Positions 19,352 through 29,708 of a stretch of 64,000 nucleotides of DNA are shown here, one piece after another. Both the position numbers and the translations under genes were made by a program. Position 1 is the stretch's first letter. Each line of letters starts with the position of its first letter. The notes below the pieces were generated by a model. That model was not told where the DNA came from. It was given only the letters and a program-made list of their open reading frames with translations, and searched no databases. The stretch covers positions 5,248,001 through 5,312,000 of the forward strand of contig CBDBGH010000003.1 in NCBI GenBank assembly GCA_965205265.1, in the 5' to 3' direction. The stretch comes from Alphaproteobacteria bacterium. GTDB lineage: Bacteria; Pseudomonadota; Alphaproteobacteria; Bin95.

Positions 19352-20362
19352 TTCACGCCATTCACGGTCCGAGAGGCCGCTGCAGGACTGCGTTACCGTC
19401 TCGCCGGCGAACCGGCGCCGGAGGACATCCAGCGCCGCGGCGGAAAGCGTGGCGGCGTCCAGAACATAGTTCCGAAAGGCCTGACAGGTGACCGGGACCC
19501 ACCGGCTCACGATCTCATTGAGAATGGTATCCGCATAGGCGCGGATTTCGTGCTGCGCGTGGCTGTCGGACCGCAGCGACAGGAAATGCAGGAGGTTGTG
19601 GAGATCGCACTTCCAGTAGAACTGGGTGTACCAGTTGACCGGCAAGACGGTCCGGGCCAGCTCACGGGCAATGCCGGACCGGCTTTCGTCGATCCTGTTC
19701 CCGGCCTCATCCTCGTTGAGAAGATTGCGATAGACGCCGTGGGCGCGCTGGGAGAGCCAGTCCAGGCGTGAGAGGGCGTCCCGGGCCTCGTCGGCCTCGA
19801 GCGTCCCTTCGCGGCCTTGCCTGTTGCTGGAGGACTGTGCGGCCAGGGCCTCGGGACTCCCGTCGGCGGCCGCGGGCACGAACAGGTCCGGCTGGTGCTG
19901 TCGCGCGCGCCGCGAGAGGGTGCGCTCCTCAAGGAGGGCGCGCAGGTGATCGGGATCCGGGACGTAGTACTCCCGGTCCATCCGGGAGTAGCGGGCCGAG
20001 TATTCGTTCACATTCGCGGTGCGGTGCCGAATCCATTGCCGGGCGACAAAGATCGGCAGCTTGACGTGCAGCTTGATCTCGCACATCTCGAACGGCGTGC
20101 TATGTCGGTGGCGCAGAAGATACCGGATCAGCGCGGCGTCCTCCGACCGCCGTTTCGTGCCCCTGCCGTAGGAGACCCTGGCCGCCTGCACAACGGCGCT
20201 GTCGCTGCCCATGTAGTCGACCAGCCGGACGAAGCCGTGGTCGAGAACGGGGAAGGGCCTGTTAAGGATTGCCTCGAGATCGGGGACGGTGTCCCGTCCC
20301 GTCTCGAAGCGCCCGCGCGGCGCAAGGGATTCATCCGCGTCTGTTTCATTCCGGGAATGCAT
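19331..20362 (-). CDS. thyX: FAD-dependent thymidylate synthase
   Basis: QAARVSY, HSTPFE, PIFVARQWIRHRTANVNEYSARY, ELAR, HAQHEIR. Confidence 0.95.
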   Translation of the reverse strand: MHSRNETDADESLAPRGRFETGRDTVPDLEAILNRPFPVLDHGFVRLVDYMGSDSAVVQAARVSYGRGTKRRSEDAALIRYLLRHRHSTPFEMCEIKLHVKLPIFVARQWIRHRTANVNEYSARYSRMDREYYVPDPDHLRALLEERTLSRRARQHQPDLFVPAAADGSPEALAAQSSSNRQGREGTLEADEARDALSRLDWLSQRAHGVYRNLLNEDEAGNRIDESRSGIARELARTVLPVNWYTQFYWKCDLHNLLHFLSLRSDSHAQHEIRAYADTILNEIVSRWVPVTCQAFRNYVLDAATLSAAALDVLRRRFAGETVTQSCSGLSDREWRELEGLLQ

Positions 20363-20632
20363 GAGTGCCGTGACCTGCTCTTCATGTGGGTCAGGGAAAG
20401 CGGAACAATATAGAAGACGACGGCATTTGTCCGGGGCGGCGGAGACGGTGTCCCGCAACGGAAGAAATCCGGCACCCGGATCTTCCGCCGCCGGGACGGT
20501 CGGGGCTCAGCAGTCAAGAAGCGATTGGCGGCCGCGGTGCCGGCATCAGCTTTTGCCTTGACAGGATGCGCTGAAGTCCGTCCCCTTGTCAGCAGTCCAC
20601 ACTGGACATTCAAGGATTGCGAGAGCAATGCG

Positions 20633-21352
20633 ATGGATGAACTTGTCAAGCAATTGCTCGTCTCCGGCATATCCGGCCTGGTGGCGTCCGTGCTCATCCT
20701 GTTGGTAGCCAAGCCGCTCGTTCAAAGAGCTATTGAGCATTGGTTTGGGAAAATAGAAGAACGGGTTCGGATTGAAGGTGTGCTGATCGAAAAGCGCTAC
20801 ACAAGCAGCGCGAACGCATTAAAGGATCTCACGGAATTATACGAGGACTTGCAAAGGGAGTTGAGAGAGCTTAATTTTACAGAGGAAGAAAGCAGGAATC
20901 CATTATCAAAGATAGTGCAGGAGTCTCATCCCCGATATCGGGCACGCTTCCACATAATACGAAGCCAATTAGAAGTTGCAAACGACCTTCTTTCCTTTTA
21001 TAGCATAGAATTTGAACGATTGCTTCACGCTGACGTTATTCAAAAAATCATAGGAACAGAAACAACAAATGTCTCGGACTGCAAATATGCATATAGGACA
21101 ATATGGCGGGCCGCCCCTACCAACCTTCATGCTGTCCTGAGAATTGCAGCGGCATACGAGTTTTGGGATTCGGGTAACCAATATGCTGATCGGGCAAGAA
21201 AATGGGCTGAGGCGGATGGAAGGAGGATCGAGGAATTCCTGATTATGGAAATCAAAAGGATTCCTAGCGAAAACAAAGTTTTTTCACTGTATCTTGAAGA
21301 ATATGGCGCCAAGGAATTTTGGAAGCACCTTGATCCGTCTCTTGTAAAGTAA
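20633..21352 (+). CDS. Low-GC hypothetical protein with N-terminal TM helix
   Basis: ORF markedly more AT-rich than flanks; hydrophobic N-terminus. Confidence 0.7.
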   Translation: MDELVKQLLVSGISGLVASVLILLVAKPLVQRAIEHWFGKIEERVRIEGVLIEKRYTSSANALKDLTELYEDLQRELRELNFTEEESRNPLSKIVQESHPRYRARFHIIRSQLEVANDLLSFYSIEFERLLHADVIQKIIGTETTNVSDCKYAYRTIWRAAPTNLHAVLRIAAAYEFWDSGNQYADRARKWAEADGRRIEEFLIMEIKRIPSENKVFSLYLEEYGAKEFWKHLDPSLVK

Positions 21353-21519
21353 CGGGCGTTTGGAACGAGCCGGAGAGGTCCGGCCGCGACACGCCGGCGA
21401 AAGCGAAGGACGGTCTCGACAGGTCCTGGCGGGCGCTCAGGAATGCAGGAGGGGCCAAGCCGGGCACGCCGCCGGGCCTTCCCCCGAAAAAAGCGACCGA
21501 CCGTCTGGCGGGGCCGGCC

Positions 21520-22248
21520 TCAAGGCGACGGAGACGGCAGCGCCTCTTCCGGGGCTTCACGGACGGGGGGAGCGATTTCCATGCCGATTTCATCGCGGAG
21601 AGCGGCCTCGGCCTGCTCCCAGCCGTAGAAGGGACCCCAGAGCTCCGTCTCGCCGCTCTCCGGCAAGGAGCGTTCGCCGTCCAGCGTCCACCTCTCGACA
21701 GCCATGCTGTACACATGGCCGTTGGCCCACTCGCTGAATTCGTCGAGAATGGCGTTGCAGGACGAGAAATACTCCTTGCGGGCCTCGTCTTCGCCGATTG
21801 CCGCGCTGCGCTCCAGGAACCTCTCGTAGAGGTCGGCGGGCGGCGTGTAGAGGCCCGCAGTCCCGACGTCCCAGTCGTGTCCGGGATAGCGCATCGTGCC
21901 GGTCAGGGAATAGTGGACCGCGCCGTGGCTGTATCGTTGCACAACCAGGGGCCTCGGCGTCTGGAGGGCCGCTTCCTTCAGGGTCTCGCGCACATCCTCG
22001 TTTCGGGTGAACTCATGGAACGCGCCGGGTTCGCCGTGGTCCCAGAATGAACCGTAATCGTTGTCGAGCAGCACATACCCGACTATCAGCGCGTTGCCCT
22101 CCGGGGAAGGCCGGACGAGCAGGTCGTCCCTGAAGTCCGATGAATTCGAATAGTCGACCGGTTCGTGCTCGGTCAGGCAGCGGACGCCGGAGGGAAGATC
22201 GACACCCCAGTGCCGCTGGATGATGTCCGTAATGTCCTTGCGCGCCAT
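21520..22248 (-). CDS. MGE-type hypothetical protein (YxHG...WD motif)
   Basis: AGGAGAGG RBS; YSHGAVHYSL...WDVGTAG; W.NGHVY. Confidence 0.72.
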   Translation of the reverse strand: MARKDITDIIQRHWGVDLPSGVRCLTEHEPVDYSNSSDFRDDLLVRPSPEGNALIVGYVLLDNDYGSFWDHGEPGAFHEFTRNEDVRETLKEAALQTPRPLVVQRYSHGAVHYSLTGTMRYPGHDWDVGTAGLYTPPADLYERFLERSAAIGEDEARKEYFSSCNAILDEFSEWANGHVYSMAVERWTLDGERSLPESGETELWGPFYGWEQAEAALRDEIGMEIAPPVREAPEEALPSPSP

Positions 22249-22465
22249 TTCCGACGACCTCTCCTGCGTTGGGCGTGGATCGATGCGGAGCGATGTTAGA
22301 CGCAATACGTGAAAAACCGCAGCCGATTTCTCTACGGGTGGCTCGGTTTATCCGCAGAGCGATCCCCTGAGACTCCAGCAGACAGGCCGCGCGGAGTTGA
22401 ACGCGGCGCGTTATGGCCTAGTTTCGGCTGGGAACAGGACCATGCGGGATTCGGGAACAGGAGAT

Positions 22466-23017
22466 ATGTCGGAAAGTCCGGCGATCCTGGCGTTTCGGGA
22501 CCATCTGAGGGCTCTGGCCGGGCGGATCGGCCCGTTTGGCCGTCCGGTCGAGGTACGCATCGCCGGAGACCTTGCGCTGAGCTACTACACCGGGCACCGG
22601 GTGCCCGGCGACGCGGAGGTAAACTGCTCGCAGCGCATTGCCATCCCGGTCGACATGCAGGTGTTCGAGGTGCCGGATCCGACCGGGGCGACAGGATGCA
22701 GCCCCGTTGCCCTTCATCCCGGCGCCGGTGAATCCGGTTTCTATCCGCAGGATTGGGAAGCGAGGGCGATGGCGATCGGCGAGGTGGGCCCGTTCGTGCT
22801 GTTCGTGATGGATCCGGTCGATCTCGCGGTCTCGAAACTCGTGCGGTTCTCCCCACAGGACCGCGAGGACATAAGGCAGCTGATCTCCCGGCGCATGCTG
22901 GACCGGGAGCTTCTCGAGGAGCGGACGAAGCGGGCCCTGGAGGCCTGCATCGGGGATGCGGAAGCCGTCCGGCGCAATTTCGAGGAGACTGTCAGGATCG
23001 TGTCCAGGAGCATGTGA
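22466..23017 (+). CDS. DUF6036-like nucleotidyltransferase
   Basis: IAG.LALSYYTG.R...D; PVDLAVSKL.RF...DREDI. Confidence 0.7.
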   Translation: MSESPAILAFRDHLRALAGRIGPFGRPVEVRIAGDLALSYYTGHRVPGDAEVNCSQRIAIPVDMQVFEVPDPTGATGCSPVALHPGAGESGFYPQDWEARAMAIGEVGPFVLFVMDPVDLAVSKLVRFSPQDREDIRQLISRRMLDRELLEERTKRALEACIGDAEAVRRNFEETVRIVSRSM

Positions 23018-23102
23018 GGCGCCCGGCCCGCGGTTTGTCTTTTCACCGAAGCCGGATAGGATTCCGCAGGGGCATGGCCCCCGCATCGGGGGAGGAGAGC
23101 AA

Positions 23103-23996
23103 ATGTCCACGCGCTCGGTGATCTGCGGAATGACGCCCGACGGGCCGAAAGTGAACTTCATCAACTACGATGGCTACCCGGAGTTCCCGGGCGTCGGTTC
23201 CAAACTGCTCACCTTCTACGGAGGTCCGGAGTCGGCCAGGGAACTGCTTGAGCTGGGCGATATGGTGTCCCTGGGAAAGACCCCGGAGGACTGCGAAATC
23301 CCGGAGGAATGGCGTCGGGACGGCAGTGCGGCGTACCCGGTCGATGACAGGCCGGACGAGGCGCTCAGGGACACGCTGATGCGAGCCATGGCGGGCGACA
23401 GCGGATTGCCGATCAAATGGGGCTATGTATTCGAGAACGGCCGCTGGGACTGCATCGCGTCGCCGCACTATGAGAAGGAGTGGAACGGGGTCCCGCTCGA
23501 GCAGCTGGCCCGGGACGGGCTGGAATACAAGACCATCTCGCAATTTGCCGTGATTGCCGGCATGACCGATGACGGTCCCGCCGTCATCTGGATCCACGGT
23601 CGGGGCATTCCCGAAGCGCCCGGCCTGGGCCGGACGCTGCTCGAACGCTATGGCGACGCCGGGGCCGTGAAGGAGCTTCTTGCGGGCGGCGATCTGAATG
23701 CGCTGGGAACGACGCCGGAGGAGAATGCGGAGTTCAGCAGGCGCAAGGACGACCTTCCCACGATGCTGGAGGTCCGGGAGGCCTCCACCGGTGTCCTGGC
23801 CGATACCGTCATGGAAACGGTGAAGAGTGAATGGATCGGGTCGGGCGTGACCTGGGCCTATCTCTTCAACGAGGACGGCGTCTGGGAGTGCTGCCAGGCG
23901 CCATGGTTCGCGCGGGAGTGGGAAGGGGCGCCGCTGGAGGATGTCGTGGCGGCCAGGGAAGCGGAGAAGGAAGCGGAGGACGCGCCGACGCCATGA
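23103..23996 (+). CDS. Phage/plasmid hypothetical protein with two MSTRS/DGYP domains
   Basis: MSTRSVIC...YDGYP..G..LL..Y..ELLELGD; second degenerate copy. Confidence 0.75.
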   Translation: MSTRSVICGMTPDGPKVNFINYDGYPEFPGVGSKLLTFYGGPESARELLELGDMVSLGKTPEDCEIPEEWRRDGSAAYPVDDRPDEALRDTLMRAMAGDSGLPIKWGYVFENGRWDCIASPHYEKEWNGVPLEQLARDGLEYKTISQFAVIAGMTDDGPAVIWIHGRGIPEAPGLGRTLLERYGDAGAVKELLAGGDLNALGTTPEENAEFSRRKDDLPTMLEVREASTGVLADTVMETVKSEWIGSGVTWAYLFNEDGVWECCQAPWFAREWEGAPLEDVVAAREAEKEAEDAPTP

Positions 23997-25093
23997 GCCG
24001 TCCGGTGATCGAGGCGGGCGCGGAGCCCGGATTCCGCTTCATAGACCTGTTTGCCGGAATCGGCGGCATGCGGCGGGGCTTCGAGGAGGTGGGCGGGCGC
24101 TGCGTCTTCACGTCCGAGATCGACCGCTTTTCGCGCCAGACCTACACCGCCAACTTCCCGGAATCCCCCCCGGACAGCGGCCATGAGCTTGCCGGGGACA
24201 TCCGGCCCTGGGCCGGACAGCCGGATAGCATACCGCGGCACGACGTGCTGCTGGCCGGATTCCCCTGCCAGCCATTCTCTAACGCCGGCGTGGCGAAGAA
24301 GAAGGCCCTGGGCCGTCCGCACGGCTTCCGGTGCCGGGCGCAGGGCACGCTGTTCTTCGACGTGGCGAGGATACTCGACTGGCACCGGCCGGCGGCCTTC
24401 CTGCTCGAGAATGTCAGCAACCTGGAACGCCATGACGGCGGCCGGACATTCCGGACCATTATGGATATTCTGGGTGGAGACCTCGGCTACAGGACCTGCG
24501 CGCGGGTGATCGATTCCTCGCCCTGGGTTCCACAGAAGCGCAGGCGCATCTTCATCGCGGGGTTCAGGGAAGAAACGGGGTTTTCATTCGACGGTCTGGA
24601 AATTCCGCCCGGTCCCGGACCGCGCCTCGGGAGCATCCTCGACAGCGAGGTTCCGGTCAAATACACACTGGGCCCCGGGACGTGGGAGGCGCTTAAGCGT
24701 CACAGGGACAGACACGGACGCAAGCCCGGTCACGGGTTCGGGCATTCGGTATTCGGGCCCCAGGACGTGGCGCGCACGCTCTCGGCCCGCTACTACAAGG
24801 ACGGTGCCGAAATCCTCATCGAACAGGAGGGCCCGCGCCCCCGGCGCCTGACGCCCAGGGAATGCGCCCGCCTGATGGGCTTCGACAGACCCGGCGGGGA
24901 CGGGTTCCGGATTCCCGTATCCGACCTGCAGGCCTACCGGCAATTCGGGAATTCGGTGGTCGTCCCGGTCGTGAACGCCGTGGCGCGGCTGATGCAGCCG
25001 CACATCGCGGCGATTCTCGCAGGGGAACACCGGGCGCCGCTGCGCGCGCGGCAGTCCGTTTTCCTCTTCGCCGGAGCGGCTTCCGGCGGTTGA
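23993..25093 (+). CDS. dcm: DNA (cytosine-5) methyltransferase
   Basis: DLFAGIGG, AGFPCQPFS, LLENV, PQKRRRI, RRLTPRECARLMGF, QFGNSV. Confidence 0.95.
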   Translation: MSRPVIEAGAEPGFRFIDLFAGIGGMRRGFEEVGGRCVFTSEIDRFSRQTYTANFPESPPDSGHELAGDIRPWAGQPDSIPRHDVLLAGFPCQPFSNAGVAKKKALGRPHGFRCRAQGTLFFDVARILDWHRPAAFLLENVSNLERHDGGRTFRTIMDILGGDLGYRTCARVIDSSPWVPQKRRRIFIAGFREETGFSFDGLEIPPGPGPRLGSILDSEVPVKYTLGPGTWEALKRHRDRHGRKPGHGFGHSVFGPQDVARTLSARYYKDGAEILIEQEGPRPRRLTPRECARLMGFDRPGGDGFRIPVSDLQAYRQFGNSVVVPVVNAVARLMQPHIAAILAGEHRAPLRARQSVFLFAGAASGG

Positions 25094-25097
25094 TCCG

Positions 25098-25595
25098 ATG
25101 CCTGCCGACACCGTTTCACCCGGAGTCCGTTCACGGATAATGGCCTCTGTCCGGGGCCGGGATACGCGACCGGAGATCCTGGTCCGGTCGGCGCTTCACC
25201 GGCTGGGATTCCGGTTCCGGGTCCACCTCAAGGACCTGCCGGGCAAGCCGGACATCGTGCTGCCGAGATACCGTGCCGTCATCTTCGTGCACGGTTGCTT
25301 CTGGCACGGGCATGATTGCCATCTTTTCAGCTGGCCGAAGAGCAGGAGGGAATACTGGGGGCGGAAGCTTCTCGCGAATGCCGCCCGCGATCACAGACAA
25401 CTTGCCGCCCTGCGGGAGGCGGGCTGGCGCGTGGCCGTTGTCCGCGAATGCGCGCTGAAGGGCCGCACGAGGCTTCCGCCGGGAACGGTGGCCACCCGCT
25501 GTGCGGCCTGGCTGCGATGCGGCGGGCCGGAACTCGAGATCGCAGGCATCGGGGCGGCCGGTCCCGGTAGGCGATTTCAGCAGAGGCTTCCATAA
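25098..25595 (+). CDS. vsr: Very short patch repair endonuclease
   Basis: RS..MA.VRGRDTRPE, LPGKPDIV, FVHGCFWHGH. Confidence 0.93.
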   Translation: MPADTVSPGVRSRIMASVRGRDTRPEILVRSALHRLGFRFRVHLKDLPGKPDIVLPRYRAVIFVHGCFWHGHDCHLFSWPKSRREYWGRKLLANAARDHRQLAALREAGWRVAVVRECALKGRTRLPPGTVATRCAAWLRCGGPELEIAGIGAAGPGRRFQQRLP

Positions 25596-25634
25596 TCGGG
25601 CAATCCCTACGGGTTCCGCGGGAGGAGGCGTGAC

Positions 25635-26669
25635 ATGGATTTTGCATCCGCATCGGTTTCCGAACTGCGAGCATGGCTTGACGCCGGCGGAGATCCCAAC
25701 GAAAGGGATGATGGGAATTCCACGCCCCTTCACAGCGTTGTAGCCGCCGGCAGCATCGAGGCCGCGCGTTTGCTGCTCGGGGCCGGGGCGGACCCCGATA
25801 TGCGGAACCGCAGCATGGACGCACCGCTTCACCTGGCGGCAAGGGAAGGGAACCCGGACATGGTCCGGATTCTTCTGGAGGCCGGCGCCGATCCGGAGGC
25901 CGGCCTCCAGAAGAATCTGGTCGATGGCCCGGCCGGATATACGCCGCTCCATATGGCGGCCTCCAGGGGCGACACGGAGGTGATCGAGCTGCTGCACCGC
26001 GCGGGAGCCGGTATCGAACACCGCGACGGCATCGGACGCGATGTCGACTGCACCCCCTTGCAGGTCGCGGCGCAGGCGAACAGGGTCGGCGCCGTGCGGA
26101 TGCTGCTGGCTCTCGGAGCGGACCCGGACGTCAGGGACGATTTCGCGCATACGCCGCTGCACTGGGCGGCCCTCGAAGGCCGCAACGACGTTCTCGGCTG
26201 CCTGCTCGAGGCCGGGGCGGACCCGGATCCGCGGGCGGCGGGAGGCGGGACACCCCTCCTCTCCGCCGCACAGACGGGCAATGCGGACGGCGTGCGGCTG
26301 CTTCTTCATGCGGGCGCCGATCCCGGCGCCCGGACCCGTTCCGGCATAGCCCCGCTGCACCTTGCGGCGGAATACGGCGCCCCGGAATATGTCGAATGCG
26401 TGCGGGCCCTGCTGGACGCGGGGGCCGACCCGGTCCTTGCCGACGACAACGGGCGCACGGCCCTGCATGCCGCGGCGGTCCGGAGCATCCCCGAGGTGGC
26501 CGTCCTTCTTCTGAAGGCAGGGGCCGATCCGGCATTCAGGGACAAGGAGGGCGTGTCGGCGCTCGACGAGGCCCGCGGGTTGGTTACCAGACATGGGATA
26601 CCGGAACCGGGACGAAGGATTCTGGAAGCGCTTGAACAGGCGACAGGGCCGGCCGGCCCCGGAATGTGA
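25635..26669 (+). CDS. Ankyrin repeat protein
   Basis: About 8 TPLHxAA...LLxAGADP repeats. Confidence 0.93.
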   Translation: MDFASASVSELRAWLDAGGDPNERDDGNSTPLHSVVAAGSIEAARLLLGAGADPDMRNRSMDAPLHLAAREGNPDMVRILLEAGADPEAGLQKNLVDGPAGYTPLHMAASRGDTEVIELLHRAGAGIEHRDGIGRDVDCTPLQVAAQANRVGAVRMLLALGADPDVRDDFAHTPLHWAALEGRNDVLGCLLEAGADPDPRAAGGGTPLLSAAQTGNADGVRLLLHAGADPGARTRSGIAPLHLAAEYGAPEYVECVRALLDAGADPVLADDNGRTALHAAAVRSIPEVAVLLLKAGADPAFRDKEGVSALDEARGLVTRHGIPEPGRRILEALEQATGPAGPGM

Positions 26670-26827
26670 CGGCGCAGGGGCCCGCCACGGCCGCGCACGG
26701 TCCCCAGAGTATCCGATTGTATAGATAAGCGGATTGTTATATATCGTGGCACGGAACACACAGTGCTGGACGCGCGGAGCGCGGCGTCGGCGCAACTGAC
26801 CAAGTCCAAAGGAAGGACCGCGAAAAC

Positions 26828-27775
26828 ATGTTCCTCGGAATCGACGCCTTCTCGCTCTTCGTCGTTATCGTGCTCCTGTTTGCGGTGCTGCTCGTCTTCA
26901 TGGGCGTCAAGACGGTCCCGCAAGGTCACGAATTCACGGTCGAGCGTTTCGGCCGGTACACGCGCACGTTGCCGCCCGGGCTTCATTTGATCGTTCCTGT
27001 CGTGGACCGCATCGGCCGGCGCCAGAACGTCATGGAACAGGTGACCGACGTGCCCTCGCAGGAGGTCATCACCCGGGACAACGCCATGGTGCGGGTGGAT
27101 GGCGTCGTGTTCTTCCAGGTGCTCGACGTGGTGAAGGCGTCCTATGAAGTCAGACGCCTGGAACTCTCGATCCTGAACCTGACCATGACCAACATCCGCA
27201 CGGTCATGGGGTCCATGGACCTGGACGAACTCCTTTCCCAGCGCGACAAGATCAACGCCGACCTGCTGAAGGTGGTGGACGAGGCGACTGCGCCCTGGGG
27301 CGTCAAGATCACCCGCATCGAGATCAAGGATATCTCGCCTCCCCAGGAACTTGTGGACGCCATGGCGCGACAGATGAAGGCCGAGCGCGAAAAGCGGGCC
27401 GTGATCCTGGAAGCTGAGGGTGTCAGGCAATCCGAAATCCTGCGGGCCGAAGGCGAGAAACAGGCAGCAATCCTCGATGCCGAAGGGCGACGCGAGGCGG
27501 CATTTCGGGATGCAGAGGCGCGCGAGCGCGAGGCCGAGGCGGAAGCGAGGGCGACCGAGATGGTCTCCAAGGCGATCGGCGAAGGCAACATCCAGGCGAT
27601 CAACTATTTCGTTGCCCAGAAATATGTCTCGGCCCTCGAAGGCATCGCGAGCGCCGAAAACCAGAAGATCGTCCTGATGCCCCTTGAGGCTTCAGGGGTA
27701 ATCGGTGCCGTCGGCGGCCTGACCGAGATCGCAAGGGAGGCGTTCGGCAAGGAGGCCCGGCGCCCGGCCGACTGA
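26828..27775 (+). CDS. SPFH/band-7 membrane protein (QmcA-like)
   Basis: TM helix; VERFGRY, SQEVITRDNA, QMKAEREKRA. Confidence 0.92.
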   Translation: MFLGIDAFSLFVVIVLLFAVLLVFMGVKTVPQGHEFTVERFGRYTRTLPPGLHLIVPVVDRIGRRQNVMEQVTDVPSQEVITRDNAMVRVDGVVFFQVLDVVKASYEVRRLELSILNLTMTNIRTVMGSMDLDELLSQRDKINADLLKVVDEATAPWGVKITRIEIKDISPPQELVDAMARQMKAEREKRAVILEAEGVRQSEILRAEGEKQAAILDAEGRREAAFRDAEAREREAEAEARATEMVSKAIGEGNIQAINYFVAQKYVSALEGIASAENQKIVLMPLEASGVIGAVGGLTEIAREAFGKEARRPAD

Positions 27776-27791
27776 TCCGGAGGCGCGAACG

Positions 27792-28256
27792 ATGGAAGCC
27801 TTCACACCCGAGAGCATTTCCCACTGGCACTGGCTTGCCTTCGGCGTGCTCATCATGGCCCTTGAGATCGTGGCGCCCGGCGCCATCTTTCTGTGGCTCG
27901 GCATTGCCGGCCTCGGGACCGGCCTTGCGCTCGCCGCGCTGCCGGACCTGGGGTGGGAGGTCGAGCTGATCCTGTTTGCGGTGCTGTCGGTGGCCGCAAT
28001 CCTCGTCGGGCGCCGCTTCGTGGGCTCCCGGCAGCGTCCGACCGACCATCCGACGCTCAACCGGCGCGGGCACGGCATGGTCGGGGTCCGCAGCACTCTG
28101 AAGGATGCCACTGTCGACGGACGCGGAAGGATGCGCGTCGGCGACACCATGTGGGCCATCCGCACGGAAGACGAAGGGAGCGACCTGCCGGAGGGCGCGG
28201 AAGTGTCGGTTGTCGGCGTGGACGGGCCGACGCTGATTGTTCGCAAAATCTGCTAG
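27792..28256 (+). CDS. NfeD-like membrane protein
   Basis: W...G......EI..PG..FLW.G; LNRRG; follows SPFH gene. Confidence 0.88.
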   Translation: MEAFTPESISHWHWLAFGVLIMALEIVAPGAIFLWLGIAGLGTGLALAALPDLGWEVELILFAVLSVAAILVGRRFVGSRQRPTDHPTLNRRGHGMVGVRSTLKDATVDGRGRMRVGDTMWAIRTEDEGSDLPEGAEVSVVGVDGPTLIVRKIC

Positions 28257-28437
28257 ACCGTTGTTCGACACCTTCCATATCGTCGACGAGGACGGAGAAA
28301 CGCAGCGGGTGTTCGAGGCGCGGTCGGAAGAGGCCGCCTGGCGCATCCTGGAATCCCTCGTCGCCGAACCGGATATTCCGGCAGGCGAGTACATGCTGCT
28401 CAAGGAAATCGGGACCCTGGACAGGACGGATGACTGA
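28237..28437 (+). CDS. Small acidic hypothetical protein
   Basis: Compact ORF coupled to next gene. Confidence 0.45.
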   Translation: MFAKSARPLFDTFHIVDEDGETQRVFEARSEEAAWRILESLVAEPDIPAGEYMLLKEIGTLDRTDD

Positions 28438-28711
28438 CCGGGTATTCATCGCCCGGCGGCCGGATGGCAGCATGTCGCCGATCTGGTGGCGGCGCGAGCC
28501 GGACCAGAGCCGCCTCGGGAAGAAGGTCGACTACCGGCCTTTCGTCCGCGAGGAACTGGCGGACGGATTGTTCGAGGCGCTCCAGGCACTGGCCAGCACC
28601 CCCGGCGTCCAGATCGGCATGAGCGCCTACGCGGCGCCCAAGACGGTCGAGAAGGTCAATGCGGCCCTCGCGGCATACAGCAAAAGCAGAAGCCGGCCGC
28701 CGGAGCCTTGA
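28430..28711 (+). CDS. Small hypothetical protein
   Basis: ATG overlapping the end of the upstream ORF; ends PPEP. Confidence 0.5.
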   Translation: MTDRVFIARRPDGSMSPIWWRREPDQSRLGKKVDYRPFVREELADGLFEALQALASTPGVQIGMSAYAAPKTVEKVNAALAAYSKSRSRPPEP

Positions 28712-28724
28712 ACGGCTCCGTCGT

Positions 28725-29558
28725 CTAGGGGCCGCCCGGCCCGGACACGGCCGGAGACTCGCGGCTCTCCGGAGAAAGCAGGGCGCCGTCCGCAAGACGT
28801 TCGATCACACCGCCGGCGCCGCCGGTATGGGCGGCGACCGTGTGCGGGCCGGGCTCGGCCGCGTACCACGCCACCGCGCCACCGGGCCAGACCGGCTTGT
28901 CCGCCCTGTAGATCAGATAGCCCGGTGCTCCGGTTTCACTCTTGCGGACCGGAGTGCTGCCGGCGCCAACCACAACGTCAGCCGTGAGCCGGGCCACCAA
29001 TTCGTCACCGACATGGACGCTGGCGCCTTCCAGGGTCGGCAGTGGATCGCCTGGTTCCCAGGACCCGGCGTAATCCCTGGGATGCGTGTCATGGAGATCG
29101 CCGGAGATGGCGGCAGCCAGGGCCGCGGTGTCCTCCAGCACGGCATTCGGCAGGCGTGTCGTCCACCGGGTGCCATCCGCCTCGACGACCGTGGCGGCGG
29201 TCTCGGCTGCATAGCGGTCATACTCCGCCTGGGGCGCGCCCAGGAACAGCCATCCGCCGAGATCCGGTCTCCAGGTCAGGCGGGAGAGAGCGTTCTGCTC
29301 GGCTTCACCCACCCCTCCGACATCCAGAATTACCGGAGCAGCAAAAAGCATCTCGCCGGCGGCTGAGGGTTCGCCGCCGGGGTCGTAAGGGGCGACATCC
29401 ATGTCGGGACAGCTCCAGAGACTGCCGATATCGAGCGGACGGCAAAGCCAGTTGGCCTGGCGGAACGCCGCCCGCATGGAGTCATCGGAGATCGTGACCA
29501 GAAATGCATCGCCGTCCCCGGCGTCCAGAATTACGTCCGGATACCTCCGTGCCCTCAT
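28725..29558 (-). CDS. Hypothetical protein
   Basis: AGGAA RBS, shared promoter motif upstream. Confidence 0.65.
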   Translation of the reverse strand: MRARRYPDVILDAGDGDAFLVTISDDSMRAAFRQANWLCRPLDIGSLWSCPDMDVAPYDPGGEPSAAGEMLFAAPVILDVGGVGEAEQNALSRLTWRPDLGGWLFLGAPQAEYDRYAAETAATVVEADGTRWTTRLPNAVLEDTAALAAAISGDLHDTHPRDYAGSWEPGDPLPTLEGASVHVGDELVARLTADVVVGAGSTPVRKSETGAPGYLIYRADKPVWPGGAVAWYAAEPGPHTVAAHTGGAGGVIERLADGALLSPESRESPAVSGPGGP

Positions 29559-29708
29559 TTCCTGTACCCCCTTCGGAACCAGTTCCCTGACAATACCCGT
29601 GTTCGCTGAAAATTCCCTTCACATGCCGCGTCGGTGCCCGGTCATGTGGATGGGTCCGTGCCTCCGTTGTTGCGGCGCAAGACCGTTCCGGATTTTCAGG
29701 GAAGTGCG

